From the NCBI GenBank assembly GCA_965205655.1, contig CBDBIJ010000065.1:1-37977 (forward strand): 37,977 nucleotides of DNA. Reading direction: 5' to 3'. The number at the start of each line of letters is the position of its first letter. Within the stretch, counting starts at the first letter, position 1. A model generated the notes under the pieces. It did not search any database. It saw nothing but the letters and a program-made list of their open reading frames with translations, and had not been told where the DNA came from. The stretch is from Candidatus Latescibacterota bacterium (lineage in GTDB: Bacteria; Latescibacterota; UBA2968; UBA8231). The position numbers and the translations under genes are program-made. Of this stretch, positions 28,864 to 37,248 are shown one piece after another.

Positions 28864-29509
28864 TTTCCATCTCTCCTGCCGCCCACCAGATGGCGTTTTC
28901 GATCAAGCGGAGAAAGTCGAGCTCCCAAAAGTCCTTCTGATGGCCCAGTGAGGTGTAGAAAACGGGGCCGCCGGCATGTACGCGAGTCCAGGCGACCGGT
29001 TCGACATGCTCTTCGGCGCGACCGCTGAGCAGCACAGTCGCATCGTCGGCGATGGGGGTGTTTCTGTAGAGACTCCCCCGGGTAGAGAACGGCTCAACAC
29101 CTCTGAGTATGGGGTGGTCATCCACCCCATCGGCAATCTCGACGTGACAGGCCACGCCACTCTCGTAATGCCCGTCGTAATTCCCTCCGAGAACGAGTCT
29201 GTCAAAGTCGAGCCAGTTCTGATAGGCGTGGCTGGCGGTGCGGATGCCGACGACGGGACGGCCGTCGGCACAGTAGCTCTTGAGACACTCGAGTCCGGAT
29301 CCATTCGTTTTGAGGCGGCGTGTAAACACGAGCAGGACGTCGGTGTCGTCGAGCGACTCGAGGGACAATTCGTCATCTTCGGTGCGGTAGACGATCAGCT
29401 GTGACTCGACGGCGGGGGAATGCTCCGCGAGATAGCCGTGCAGCACGGTAAGGGAGTCCTCCGAGTCGTACTCGAGGGATCCCGATAGCATGGTGAGTTT
29501 CACGGTCAA
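28817..29509 (-). CDS. ThuA-like (class I glutamine amidotransferase-fold) protein
   Basis: VVGIRTASHA, VLGGNY.GH, HPIL.GV, EPVAWT, VFYTSLGH, NAIWW. The 3' end overlaps the convergent ADH by 47 bp. Confidence 0.85.
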   Translation of the reverse strand: MTVKLTMLSGSLEYDSEDSLTVLHGYLAEHSPAVESQLIVYRTEDDELSLESLDDTDVLLVFTRRLKTNGSGLECLKSYCADGRPVVGIRTASHAYQNWLDFDRLVLGGNYDGHYESGVACHVEIADGVDDHPILRGVEPFSTRGSLYRNTPIADDATVLLSGRAEEHVEPVAWTRVHAGGPVFYTSLGHQKDFWELDFLRLIENAIWWAAGEMEISSARPGISDRRRPA

Positions 29510-29582
29510 CGGGCTCCTCGGCTCCTCGTTTCAAACGCGCGAAACGCGAAATATAGGCAATTCTCAGCGGACCGAGTCTCTC

Positions 29583-29611
29583 TTGTCCGCACACTTGATC
29601 AGGAGTACCAT
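29583..29611 (+). promoter_or_regulatory. Sigma70-type promoter for the DUF362 and uxuA-like genes
   Basis: TTGTCC, 17-bp spacer, TACCAT. Confidence 0.5.
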
Positions 29612-29659
29612 TCCGGCCTCGCTCAGAAGAGTTTTTCTGTGCGGGTGACGACAGAGTAG

Positions 29660-29715
29660 ACGATCGTGGTACGACGACGGTAGTACGACGATCGTAGTAC
29701 CACGATGGTAGTACA
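29660..29715. repeat. Four tandem 14-bp repeats, consensus ACGATSGTAGTACN
   Basis: ACGATCGTGGTACG / ACGACGGTAGTACG / ACGATCGTAGTACC / ACGATGGTAGTACA at 29660, 29674, 29688 and 29702. Confidence 0.9.
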
Positions 29716-29730
29716 CTGAAGGAGAGTTAC

Positions 29731-30945
29731 ATGAGTGACAGGCAGTACACGGTGCGCGCCGCGCACTGCGATCACCAGACCGCCACGACTGAGCAGGTGT
29801 ACGAAACGCTGCGGAGAATCACCGATCCTTTGACGAGATCGTGGGAGAAGCTGGAAAAGGCCGGGAAGATCGTCATCAAATTCAACATGATGCACGGCAA
29901 GGTGCAGTATTTCCGCGGTCGCCGTCGCGAGCTGGTGGACGACAGTGTCTGTCAGGCAACTCTGCGCCTGCTGCGCGAGAGGACATCGGCAGATCTCATC
30001 GCGGCAGACACCGGTGGATACACGGCGCAGGGTGTGCCTGGACCCCAGCTGAACTATTTAAGGCATCTCCGGGAGTTCGACGTGGAGTACGTCGAGTGCA
30101 ACCTGCCTCCCTTTTCCATCCTCGAAGTGCCAGGCGGAGGCAGCATGTTCGACCGCTATGCCCTCAACTCCTGCTTCGAGGAAGCCGACGCAGTCGTTTC
30201 GGTGTCGAAGATGAAGAACCATGTCTTCATGGGTGTGACCATGTGTACGAAGAACCTCTTCGGCATCACACCTAACCCCAACCCGCCTGGTCGCATCCGG
30301 ACCTATTTCCACCACGCCATCCGGCTGTCATACGTGCTGCCGGATCTCGCTCTCATCACACAGCCCTGTCTGAATATCGTCGATGCCATGACCGGTCAGT
30401 ACGGAAGCGAGTGGGGTGGCGAGGGACGGGTGGGGAATGCGCTACTGGCCGGGGATCAGGTGACGGCCACGGACGCGTGCGGCGTCCATCTCATGGGCCA
30501 TGATCCAAAGTCCGACTGGCCAACCCCTCTGTTTCGCAGAGACAGAAACCATCTGCTGGTGGCTGCCGAGCGCGGTTTCGGCACCGTCGACCTCGACGAG
30601 ATCGATTTCGTCAGTGAAGTGGAGTCGCCTCTCTCAGAATTCGACTCGAGCGATCAGGAGTCCCCGGAGATATGTGCGAGCCTGCGGCTGACGGCGTGCG
30701 AGCAGGGGCTGCTCTACCGAGATCGCCAGTCGGAGATGATCGACAAGTACGCCGATGATTTCATCTACATGCAGGACGGCAATGTGGTCTGGAGCGGTGA
30801 GGACCCGACCCATATCGGGAGCCACCGCGATTTTGGGGAGAGCAAGCCAAGCAGCGCCCTGTTTTTGAAGCTCGTAGATCCCGAGGAGAAGGAAGGCGAG
30901 CGCTTCGAGGTGTATGAAGACAATCTGGAGCGGATGTCGGCATGA
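29731..30945 (+). CDS. DUF362-domain protein with a C-terminal extension
   Basis: IVIKFN, EADAVVSVSKMKNH..MGVTMCTKNLFG, LNIVDAM.G..G, D.VA.D-like motif; AAGGAG SD. Confidence 0.82.
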   Translation: MSDRQYTVRAAHCDHQTATTEQVYETLRRITDPLTRSWEKLEKAGKIVIKFNMMHGKVQYFRGRRRELVDDSVCQATLRLLRERTSADLIAADTGGYTAQGVPGPQLNYLRHLREFDVEYVECNLPPFSILEVPGGGSMFDRYALNSCFEEADAVVSVSKMKNHVFMGVTMCTKNLFGITPNPNPPGRIRTYFHHAIRLSYVLPDLALITQPCLNIVDAMTGQYGSEWGGEGRVGNALLAGDQVTATDACGVHLMGHDPKSDWPTPLFRRDRNHLLVAAERGFGTVDLDEIDFVSEVESPLSEFDSSDQESPEICASLRLTACEQGLLYRDRQSEMIDKYADDFIYMQDGNVVWSGEDPTHIGSHRDFGESKPSSALFLKLVDPEEKEGERFEVYEDNLERMSA

Positions 30946-31013
30946 CGGTGTCGAAACGACGGTAGCCCCGAGAAGCAGCCGCGCCATTCACCGCAAACGG
31001 TTAAAGGAGTGAG

Positions 31014-32030
31014 ATGTACCTGGGAACTCAGTGTGAGCTGAGAGACGACACGGACCTACAGGTGTTGCAGCAACTCGGGGTCCGGCACGTGGATCAATGG
31101 CCGCCAGAGCAAGACTGGTGGAGTTGGACGACGAATACATTGACCGCGATGCGTGAACGGTTCGCGCAGTACGATATCGAACTGGAGATGATTCACATCC
31201 CGCTGGGCTCGAGAAGCGCCTTTGAGAATTCCGCCGCCGGCATCCTGCTCGGCGACATTTCGGAACGGGATCGGCAGATCGATCGGATGTGCGAGATCGT
31301 CAAGATGGCTTCGGAAGCAGGACTCCGGGGACTGAACTACAACCTCACCATCCTCGGACACCTCCGAAGCGAACCCGCGAAGACGGGACGGGGAGGCGCC
31401 GGCCTTTCGACATTTCAATACGATAACCTCGATCACTCACTTCCCGATTTCGAAAGCGGTCCGGTCGACGCAGATACGTTCTGGGAGCGAATCGACCACT
31501 GGCTGCGGTGTCTCATTCCGGTGGCCGAAGAGTACAAGATTCAAATGGCCTGTCACCCGTCCGATCCCGGCATCGGCGATGTGCCATATCGGGGCGTCGT
31601 CAGGGTCATGGGAATGGTCGAGGGGCTGAAGAAGTTCGTGCAGCTGCGGAACAGTGACTACAACGGCCTGAATTTCTGTGTGGGCACGATCTCGGAGAGT
31701 CTGGTGAATCCGGCCGAGGAGATCTACGATGTCATCCGCTGGTTCGGCGAGCGCAAGAAGATCTTCAACGTCCACTTTCGCAACATCAAAGGGGGGTTCA
31801 GAGATTTCGTCGAGGTGTTCCCCGACGAGGGCGACGTCGATATGGTAAAGGCGCTGCGGACCTTTCAGGAGGTGGGCTACGATTACATGATCATGCCGGA
31901 TCACGTGCCGCACATTTCGGGGCCAGATCCGACACAGACGGCGTTTGCATTCACCTACGGGTACATACGAGCCCTGCTGCAGACGATCGGCGAAGAGGAC
32001 GGCCGGCGCGGCGAAGGGAACGGCAACTGA
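31014..32030 (+). CDS. uxuA: Mannonate dehydratase (UxuA)-like protein
   Basis: LIPVAEEYKIQMACHPSDP, NGLNFCVGT, VHFRN, FVEVFPDEGDVDM, MPDHVP, GYIRAL. Substrate not certain. Confidence 0.8.
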   Translation: MYLGTQCELRDDTDLQVLQQLGVRHVDQWPPEQDWWSWTTNTLTAMRERFAQYDIELEMIHIPLGSRSAFENSAAGILLGDISERDRQIDRMCEIVKMASEAGLRGLNYNLTILGHLRSEPAKTGRGGAGLSTFQYDNLDHSLPDFESGPVDADTFWERIDHWLRCLIPVAEEYKIQMACHPSDPGIGDVPYRGVVRVMGMVEGLKKFVQLRNSDYNGLNFCVGTISESLVNPAEEIYDVIRWFGERKKIFNVHFRNIKGGFRDFVEVFPDEGDVDMVKALRTFQEVGYDYMIMPDHVPHISGPDPTQTAFAFTYGYIRALLQTIGEEDGRRGEGNGN

Positions 32031-32069
32031 AGGACACGACAACGAGCTGTGGGAAGCCACACCTGCCGC

Positions 32070-32831
32070 TCAGCGATGCCCGTCCCCGGTGTCAGCTATC
32101 CAGGTTGAGAAGTACTCGGGCGCCCACTTGCGAGCCAGGTAGAACGAACGAGTGGCGAACTGCCCGTGCGGCGGCTGCACCTCAGCGTCGATCCACGCTT
32201 CGGCTCCCGCCAACTCGGGAAACTCGAGGATCCAGACGAGGTGCCAGTCATCCTGGGGGCCTATCAACTTGAACGCCTCGTAGCGCATGAGACGGTGATC
32301 GCGAGGATCGCGAGCAACAGATCTCATCAGCTCGAGCCGTTCGGCATCGCCGCGATGCTCGGGTGGGACCTCGCCTGATTCGGGGCGCCAGCGTCCGAAC
32401 TTGAGCACGACGACGGTGCGGTAGTCGCAGCTGAGGGCCGGGATGTGCTGGGGGTCGCCCTTCCCTTCGGAGAGGGGAGGTTGTGGCGTGGTTACCCAGC
32501 CGCTGAAATAGTCGGGACGCCAGGGAATCGACATGTAGTATTCGTAGAAACCGTAGCGCCCATACGGCGGGGCGATCTCGGCGTCGATCCAGGCCTGGGC
32601 GCCATTCAGGGTGGGAAACTGGATCGTCCAGAACCGCTCCCAGTTGTGCTGCGGGGTCATCAACCGGAAGCCTTCGAGACGCCTGAGTGAGTGCTGGCGC
32701 GAGACAGAGAGCATGCGCCCCACGTGTTCCTGCTGGTAATCATGCTGACGCTCCAGCGTGAGACCGTCCCACGACGGCAGTCGGCCGCCCTTGTAGAGAA
32801 CGACAACGTTGTCTTTTTCGTCCGTCGTCAT
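32070..32831 (-). CDS. Hypothetical protein made of two homologous domains (dimeric alpha-beta barrel-like)
   Basis: Internal repeat EGFRLMTPQHNW..FWTIQFPTLNGAQAWIDAEIAPPYG vs EAFKLIGPQDDW..VWILEFPELAGAEAWIDAEVQPPHG; ATG at 32831. Confidence 0.78.
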   Translation of the reverse strand: MTTDEKDNVVVLYKGGRLPSWDGLTLERQHDYQQEHVGRMLSVSRQHSLRRLEGFRLMTPQHNWERFWTIQFPTLNGAQAWIDAEIAPPYGRYGFYEYYMSIPWRPDYFSGWVTTPQPPLSEGKGDPQHIPALSCDYRTVVVLKFGRWRPESGEVPPEHRGDAERLELMRSVARDPRDHRLMRYEAFKLIGPQDDWHLVWILEFPELAGAEAWIDAEVQPPHGQFATRSFYLARKWAPEYFSTWIADTGDGHR

Positions 32832-32965
32832 GGCAGACTTTCGGTTTTGACCGGCGGGTTGGCAAATCACTAATTTGGCACCGCTAATGTAACGGATTGA
32901 GGGAGACATCCCAAGCCGATCGCGGCATGCCATCGGCTCGCTCAGCACGGTCAGGAGTATCCCCA

Positions 32966-33373
32966 ATGGGTGATAAGGTCGAAAAGTCGGATCGGGAATG
33001 GCGTGACGAGCTCTCTGCCGAACAGTACGAGATACTGCGACAGAAAGGGACCGAGAGCGCCTTCACCGGGGAGTACTGCAACTTCAAGGGAAAGGGGAAA
33101 TTCGTCTGCGCCGGGTGCGGGGCTGAGCTGTTCAGCTCTGAAACGAAGTTCGACTCGGGTACGGGTTGGCCCAGCTTCTGGGAGCCATTCGTTGAACAGA
33201 GCGTCAACGAGGAGCGGGACGCGAGTCACGGAATGGTCCGCACCGAGGTGCTGTGCGGCAACTGCGATGGCCACCTCGGCCACGTCTTTCCCGACGGCCC
33301 CCGCCCCACCGGTCAGCGGTACTGCATCAACTCCGCAGCCCTCAAATTCGTGGACGACGACCCGAAGGAGTGA
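32966..33373 (+). CDS. msrB: Peptide-methionine (R)-S-oxide reductase
   Basis: [53 protein letters not shown]. Confidence 0.98.
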   Translation: MGDKVEKSDREWRDELSAEQYEILRQKGTESAFTGEYCNFKGKGKFVCAGCGAELFSSETKFDSGTGWPSFWEPFVEQSVNEERDASHGMVRTEVLCGNCDGHLGHVFPDGPRPTGQRYCINSAALKFVDDDPKE

Positions 33374-33392
33374 CGGTCAGGGGCCCACCGGC

Positions 33393-34824
33393 CTATTCGG
33401 CTCGCTTGCCGAATTCGTCAGCGAAATCGAAGAAGTCGTCGAGGTCGACCAGGCTGTTCGGAACGAGATCGAACTTCGCGTCCCAGTTCTCGGAGTCCGG
33501 GTCAGAGCCGAAGGCGTCGGCGAAGGCGAAGAAATCATCCAGGTCGACGATGCCGTTTTCGTCGAAATCACCCTGAATCGCGGTAACGGTTACGTCGAAG
33601 GTTGCCGCCCCAGTCTGACTTTGCGTGTCAGTGGCGGTTACCGTGATAGTGGCGGAGCCGCTGCCGACGGCAGCAAGGCTAAGGGTGCTCCCGCCGGTCG
33701 AAGCCGTCGCGACGCCGTCATCCGAGCTCGCGGCGGCGTAGGTGAGGGCGCCGTCGTCGCTGAACACGGAGCCGAGCTCGAGGTCCAGTCCGGAGCCTCC
33801 GGCCAACAGACCCTGATCCGCGATCGGAGCCGCAACCGCGGGCGGGAGGTCCGGCACCGTCGCCGTGACGGTAAAGGCAGAGACGGCGGTTTCCGAATCG
33901 GGGTCGGAAGCAGTGACGGTTATGGTGGCCGTGCCCGCTCCTATCGGTGTAGCGGTGAGGGTGCTCCCGTCAACGGAGGCCGTTGCCACCAACTCATCCG
34001 AGCTCGTCACCATGTAGCTCAGGGCATCCCCATCTGAATCGGAGAACACGGCCGGGTCCGCGTTCAGATCGACCGAAAAAACGTCGATCCCGACGTTGAG
34101 GGCCGTGATCGCCGATCGCATTGGCCACCTCCGGCGCTGAATTCGCGACGCCTGGCGTGAAGTCGACGGTCAACTTCGGCCGCACCGAACCGGAGTTTTC
34201 GCGGCTGTCGAAACGCTTGGCCGTCTTGCTCGTCGATTCGTTTCCTATCAGGATCCAGCCAAAGTTCGAAGAGGAATCGTCAACCCAGGTTTGTACATCG
34301 GCGACGAGTGCCGCTGTGGACGACCATGTGTAGGTACCATTGCCGCTCACAGAGATCGTGGCGCTCGCCGCGGGCGAGAAGTCACCACCCTGAGTGCTCC
34401 ACAGGTCCGAGGTGCTGAATCTGTGCAGCCAGGTGGCATCGCCCGATGTCGCGTTCGCCCCGCGACCCTCCTGGCCGGTGGCGTTGGAGGCGCCCTCACC
34501 CCAATCGGCGAGAACGCGGTGCATGGAGATGGCCTGACTGCCCGAGGTCGTTCTCGAGGCGTTGAGGACGAGCCCGACGCTGTTGATGCTGGCGCCGGCG
34601 GGGATGCTGCCGGCGATATCGAAGGCGAGGAGGGCGCGCCGGTTGTTCGGCTCAACTGTGCGCCCCGCGAATATGTGGTCGCCCGAGCCGTTGCTCAGCC
34701 CTCCATCCGAATCCTCGAAGAGGGTGTTGTCCTTGCTCGGCTCGAGGGTGACGGACTCGGCCAGCGCCTGGCCGGCAACGAGAGCAATACAGGCGCCCAG
34801 TAACAGGGATCTTGTCTGAATCAC
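33393..34824 (-). CDS. Secreted DNRLRE-type domain + 2 cadherin/Ig-like repeats + EF-hand/dockerin-like tag; one frameshift near 34105
   Basis: Signal peptide; DNTL...RALLAFD...W.EG...ATW...NFGWIL...RPKLTV; two repeats of P.V...I.DQ.L...VFSD.DG.L.Y...SSD..VATAS..G.ATITVTA.D; twin DLDDFF.FAD.FG. Deleting one base at 34105 gives AIGDQALNV, matching PIADQGLLA in repeat 2. Confidence 0.82.
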
Positions 34825-34900
34825 GGTTAATACCTCTCTTGCACCGGGGCGGTAAATTTACGTTGATGTGAACCCTCACTCAAGTAAAGGGGGACTCGCC

Positions 34901-35777
34901 ATGCTCGATATCGGAATCTTCGGTCCCTTCGGGCCGGATCACGAGCGAAACATCGCTTTCTGCCAAGATGCGGACATCCACCACAACGTTCTCAGCTTTC
35001 ACGACGTTGCCGGTGACGCCACCGAGGTCCCGTCGGGTGGCGCTCTGCAGGAAGCTAGTCGATCTGTACGCGAAGGCGGACGTACGGCTGATGGGGCTGA
35101 CACCGCCGCGACTGCCGCAGGCGGCCCTCTCCGACGAGGAAGTGCGGACCCGCGAGATTTCCTTCTACGGACAGCTTATCGAGAGCATGGGCGAGGCTGG
35201 AATGCCCTACGTCCATTTCTATCTCAATGTCGACGAGGCGCCGGAAGACCCCGACGAGAGGAAGCAGCTCTGGGAGGGGCTCGCGGCGACCTACCGGGAA
35301 TTGACTCCAATCGCGGAGGCGGCTGGCGTCAAGATATCCACGCATCACTTCCACCTGCCGGATCGACTGTTGTGGAACTATGAGACGATGACGAGGCTGC
35401 TGCGCGAAGCGGAGAGCGAGGCGAGCGGGGTCACCTTCTGTCAGGGGAAATCGGTCATGGCCGGGGACGACCTGGTCGCGAACATTCTCGACTACGGCGA
35501 CAAGATCTTCATGTTCCACGTCAGAGACGTAGTGACGAGTGTCTCTAAGCCGGTGCCGGCTGAAATTGAGAAGCGACTGGCTGAGATCGGTTACCTCGAA
35601 GTGCCCTTCGGTGCCGGAGAAGTCGACATGGTCGGATGTTTTCGAGCCCTCAAGCAAATCAACTACAGCGGCCAGATCTATCCCGAGCACTTCCCGTCAA
35701 TCGCCGGCGACCATGCCGCGGGATTGGCTATGACGATCGGGTACATGCGCGCGCTCGATCGGGCAGTAGAGGCTTGA
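34901..35777 (+). CDS. Sugar phosphate isomerase/epimerase or UxuA-like TIM barrel; one frameshift near 35050
   Basis: ATG 34901 after GGGGGA reads MLDIGIFGP...GGALQ and continues as KLVDLY... after removing one base. Motifs PIAEAAGVKISTH, FHVRD, EVPFGAGEVDM, PEHFP, GYMRAL. Confidence 0.8.
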
Positions 35778-35806
35778 TCGAGAGGCGAATGACGAACTTT
35801 ATCGTT

Positions 35807-36928
35807 TCAGCGGGTGGAAAAGCGGTACTCGGTAATCTGACGGTAGGTCTGGCCAGGTCTCAGAATGATGCTGGGGAAGTGAGGCTTATTGAGCGAATCC
35901 GGGAAGTGCTGGGTCTCGAAGCAGAAGCCGGAATACTGATCGTAAACCGCGCCGCTCTTGCCCTTGTAGCCGTTGAGGTACCATCCCGAGTAGAGCTGCA
36001 CTCCCGGCTCCGTCGTCCACACCTCCATGACGCGGCCACTACCGGGTTCGTATGCTTCGGCGATCAGCACCGGTGACTCCCTACTGTCGCTCGCGAAGAC
36101 GTAGTTGTGGTCGTATCCCACTTCGAGCTGGTCGATTCTCTCCCCGATCCGCGTCGATTTCCTGAAATCGACAGGCGTGCCCTCGACGAAGAGGACCTGG
36201 CCGGTGGGGACACCCTCCGCGCCTCGCTCGGTAGCGAAGTCGGTGTGGATCGTCACCGCGTGGTCGAGGATGGTGCCCGAACCATTACCCGCCAGGTTGA
36301 AGTAGGAGTGGTTCGTGAGGTTGATGGGGGTCGCCCTGTCTGTCGTCGCTTCGTATTCGATGAGGAGCCCATTGTCGTTGGTCAGGGTGTAGACGACGGA
36401 GACTGACAGATTGCCGGGATAGCTCTCCTCGCCGTCCGGGCTCATGTAGGAGAAGCGCACGGCAGGGCCGGATTCCCGTTCCACCGGCTCGGCACTCCAG
36501 ACGCGTTGGTGAAAACCGACCTCACCCCCGTGAATGTGATTCGGCCCGAAGTTCACTGCCAGCTGGTACTCGGTGCCGTCCAACGAAAATCGCCCGTCCG
36601 TGATCCGGTTCGCCACACGACCGATGATACACCCCATGTAGGGCTCGTTCGTCTCGTAGTCGGCGACTGACTCGAAACCGAGGACGACGTCGGCGAGCTC
36701 GCCCTTTCGATCGGCTATGTGTAACTCAGTGACGGTAGCTCCGAGAGTGATGATGCGCGCGATCGAGCCGTTGCGATTCGCCAGGCTGAAGCGCTCGACG
36801 GCCTGCCCGGTGCTGGTCTTGCCCAAGGTGTCGCGTTCAATCTCACTCACGTTGCTCGCTCCTGAGGTGCGTGTCGGCGAAACGACGGCAATCGCCAACA
36901 ACGACAAAATGATGATGGAGCCCCTCAT
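35807..36928 (-). CDS. galM: Aldose 1-epimerase (mutarotase) with signal peptide
   Basis: GRVANRI, HGG, YPG, NLTNHSYFNL, YDHNY, QLY, FCFETQHFPD. Confidence 0.95.
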   Translation of the reverse strand: MRGSIIILSLLAIAVVSPTRTSGASNVSEIERDTLGKTSTGQAVERFSLANRNGSIARIITLGATVTELHIADRKGELADVVLGFESVADYETNEPYMGCIIGRVANRITDGRFSLDGTEYQLAVNFGPNHIHGGEVGFHQRVWSAEPVERESGPAVRFSYMSPDGEESYPGNLSVSVVYTLTNDNGLLIEYEATTDRATPINLTNHSYFNLAGNGSGTILDHAVTIHTDFATERGAEGVPTGQVLFVEGTPVDFRKSTRIGERIDQLEVGYDHNYVFASDSRESPVLIAEAYEPGSGRVMEVWTTEPGVQLYSGWYLNGYKGKSGAVYDQYSGFCFETQHFPDSLNKPHFPSIILRPGQTYRQITEYRFSTR

Positions 36929-36941
36929 ACGGTCCGCAGCC

Positions 36942-37162
36942 CGTGATCCGCGTCACGTCGCCGACAGTGGGAAGAAACTGACCTGTCTTCGATTCAGAGA
37001 TTAGCAAAGCGTGTGACCGACATCAAGTTTCCCGCACTGAATTGGACGACTCGCGCAGAAAACGAACATCGACCGGTGTGACCGCGCTCATATCCGCTTG
37101 ATTTTTTCAGAACAGTAAGCGTTTTTCGAACCTTTTTTCAACTCCAGGTGACCGACCTCACA
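36942..37162. promoter_or_regulatory. Four CRP/FNR-family-like boxes (NGTGA-N6-TCANN)
   Basis: CGTGAtccgcgTCACG (36942), TGTGAccgacaTCAAG (37012), TGTGAccgcgcTCATA (37077), GGTGAccgaccTCACA (37147). Confidence 0.62.
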
Positions 37163-37248
37163 TGAAAGATCGCCGCGGGTTCCGATTATTGCTTGTGTCG
37201 TGTTGACGGTCGACGTGACTACCCAATAAGCCCGGAAAGGGTCGAGAA

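Noticed and set aside
32966..33373. Selenocysteine-containing MsrB
   Set aside because: The catalytic residue is a normal Cys (RYCINS) with no in-frame TGA.
36942..37229. CRISPR array suggested by the 65-70 bp periodicity
   Set aside because: The shared core is only ~13-16 bp and degenerate, and no cas genes are in the window; reported as operator-like boxes instead.
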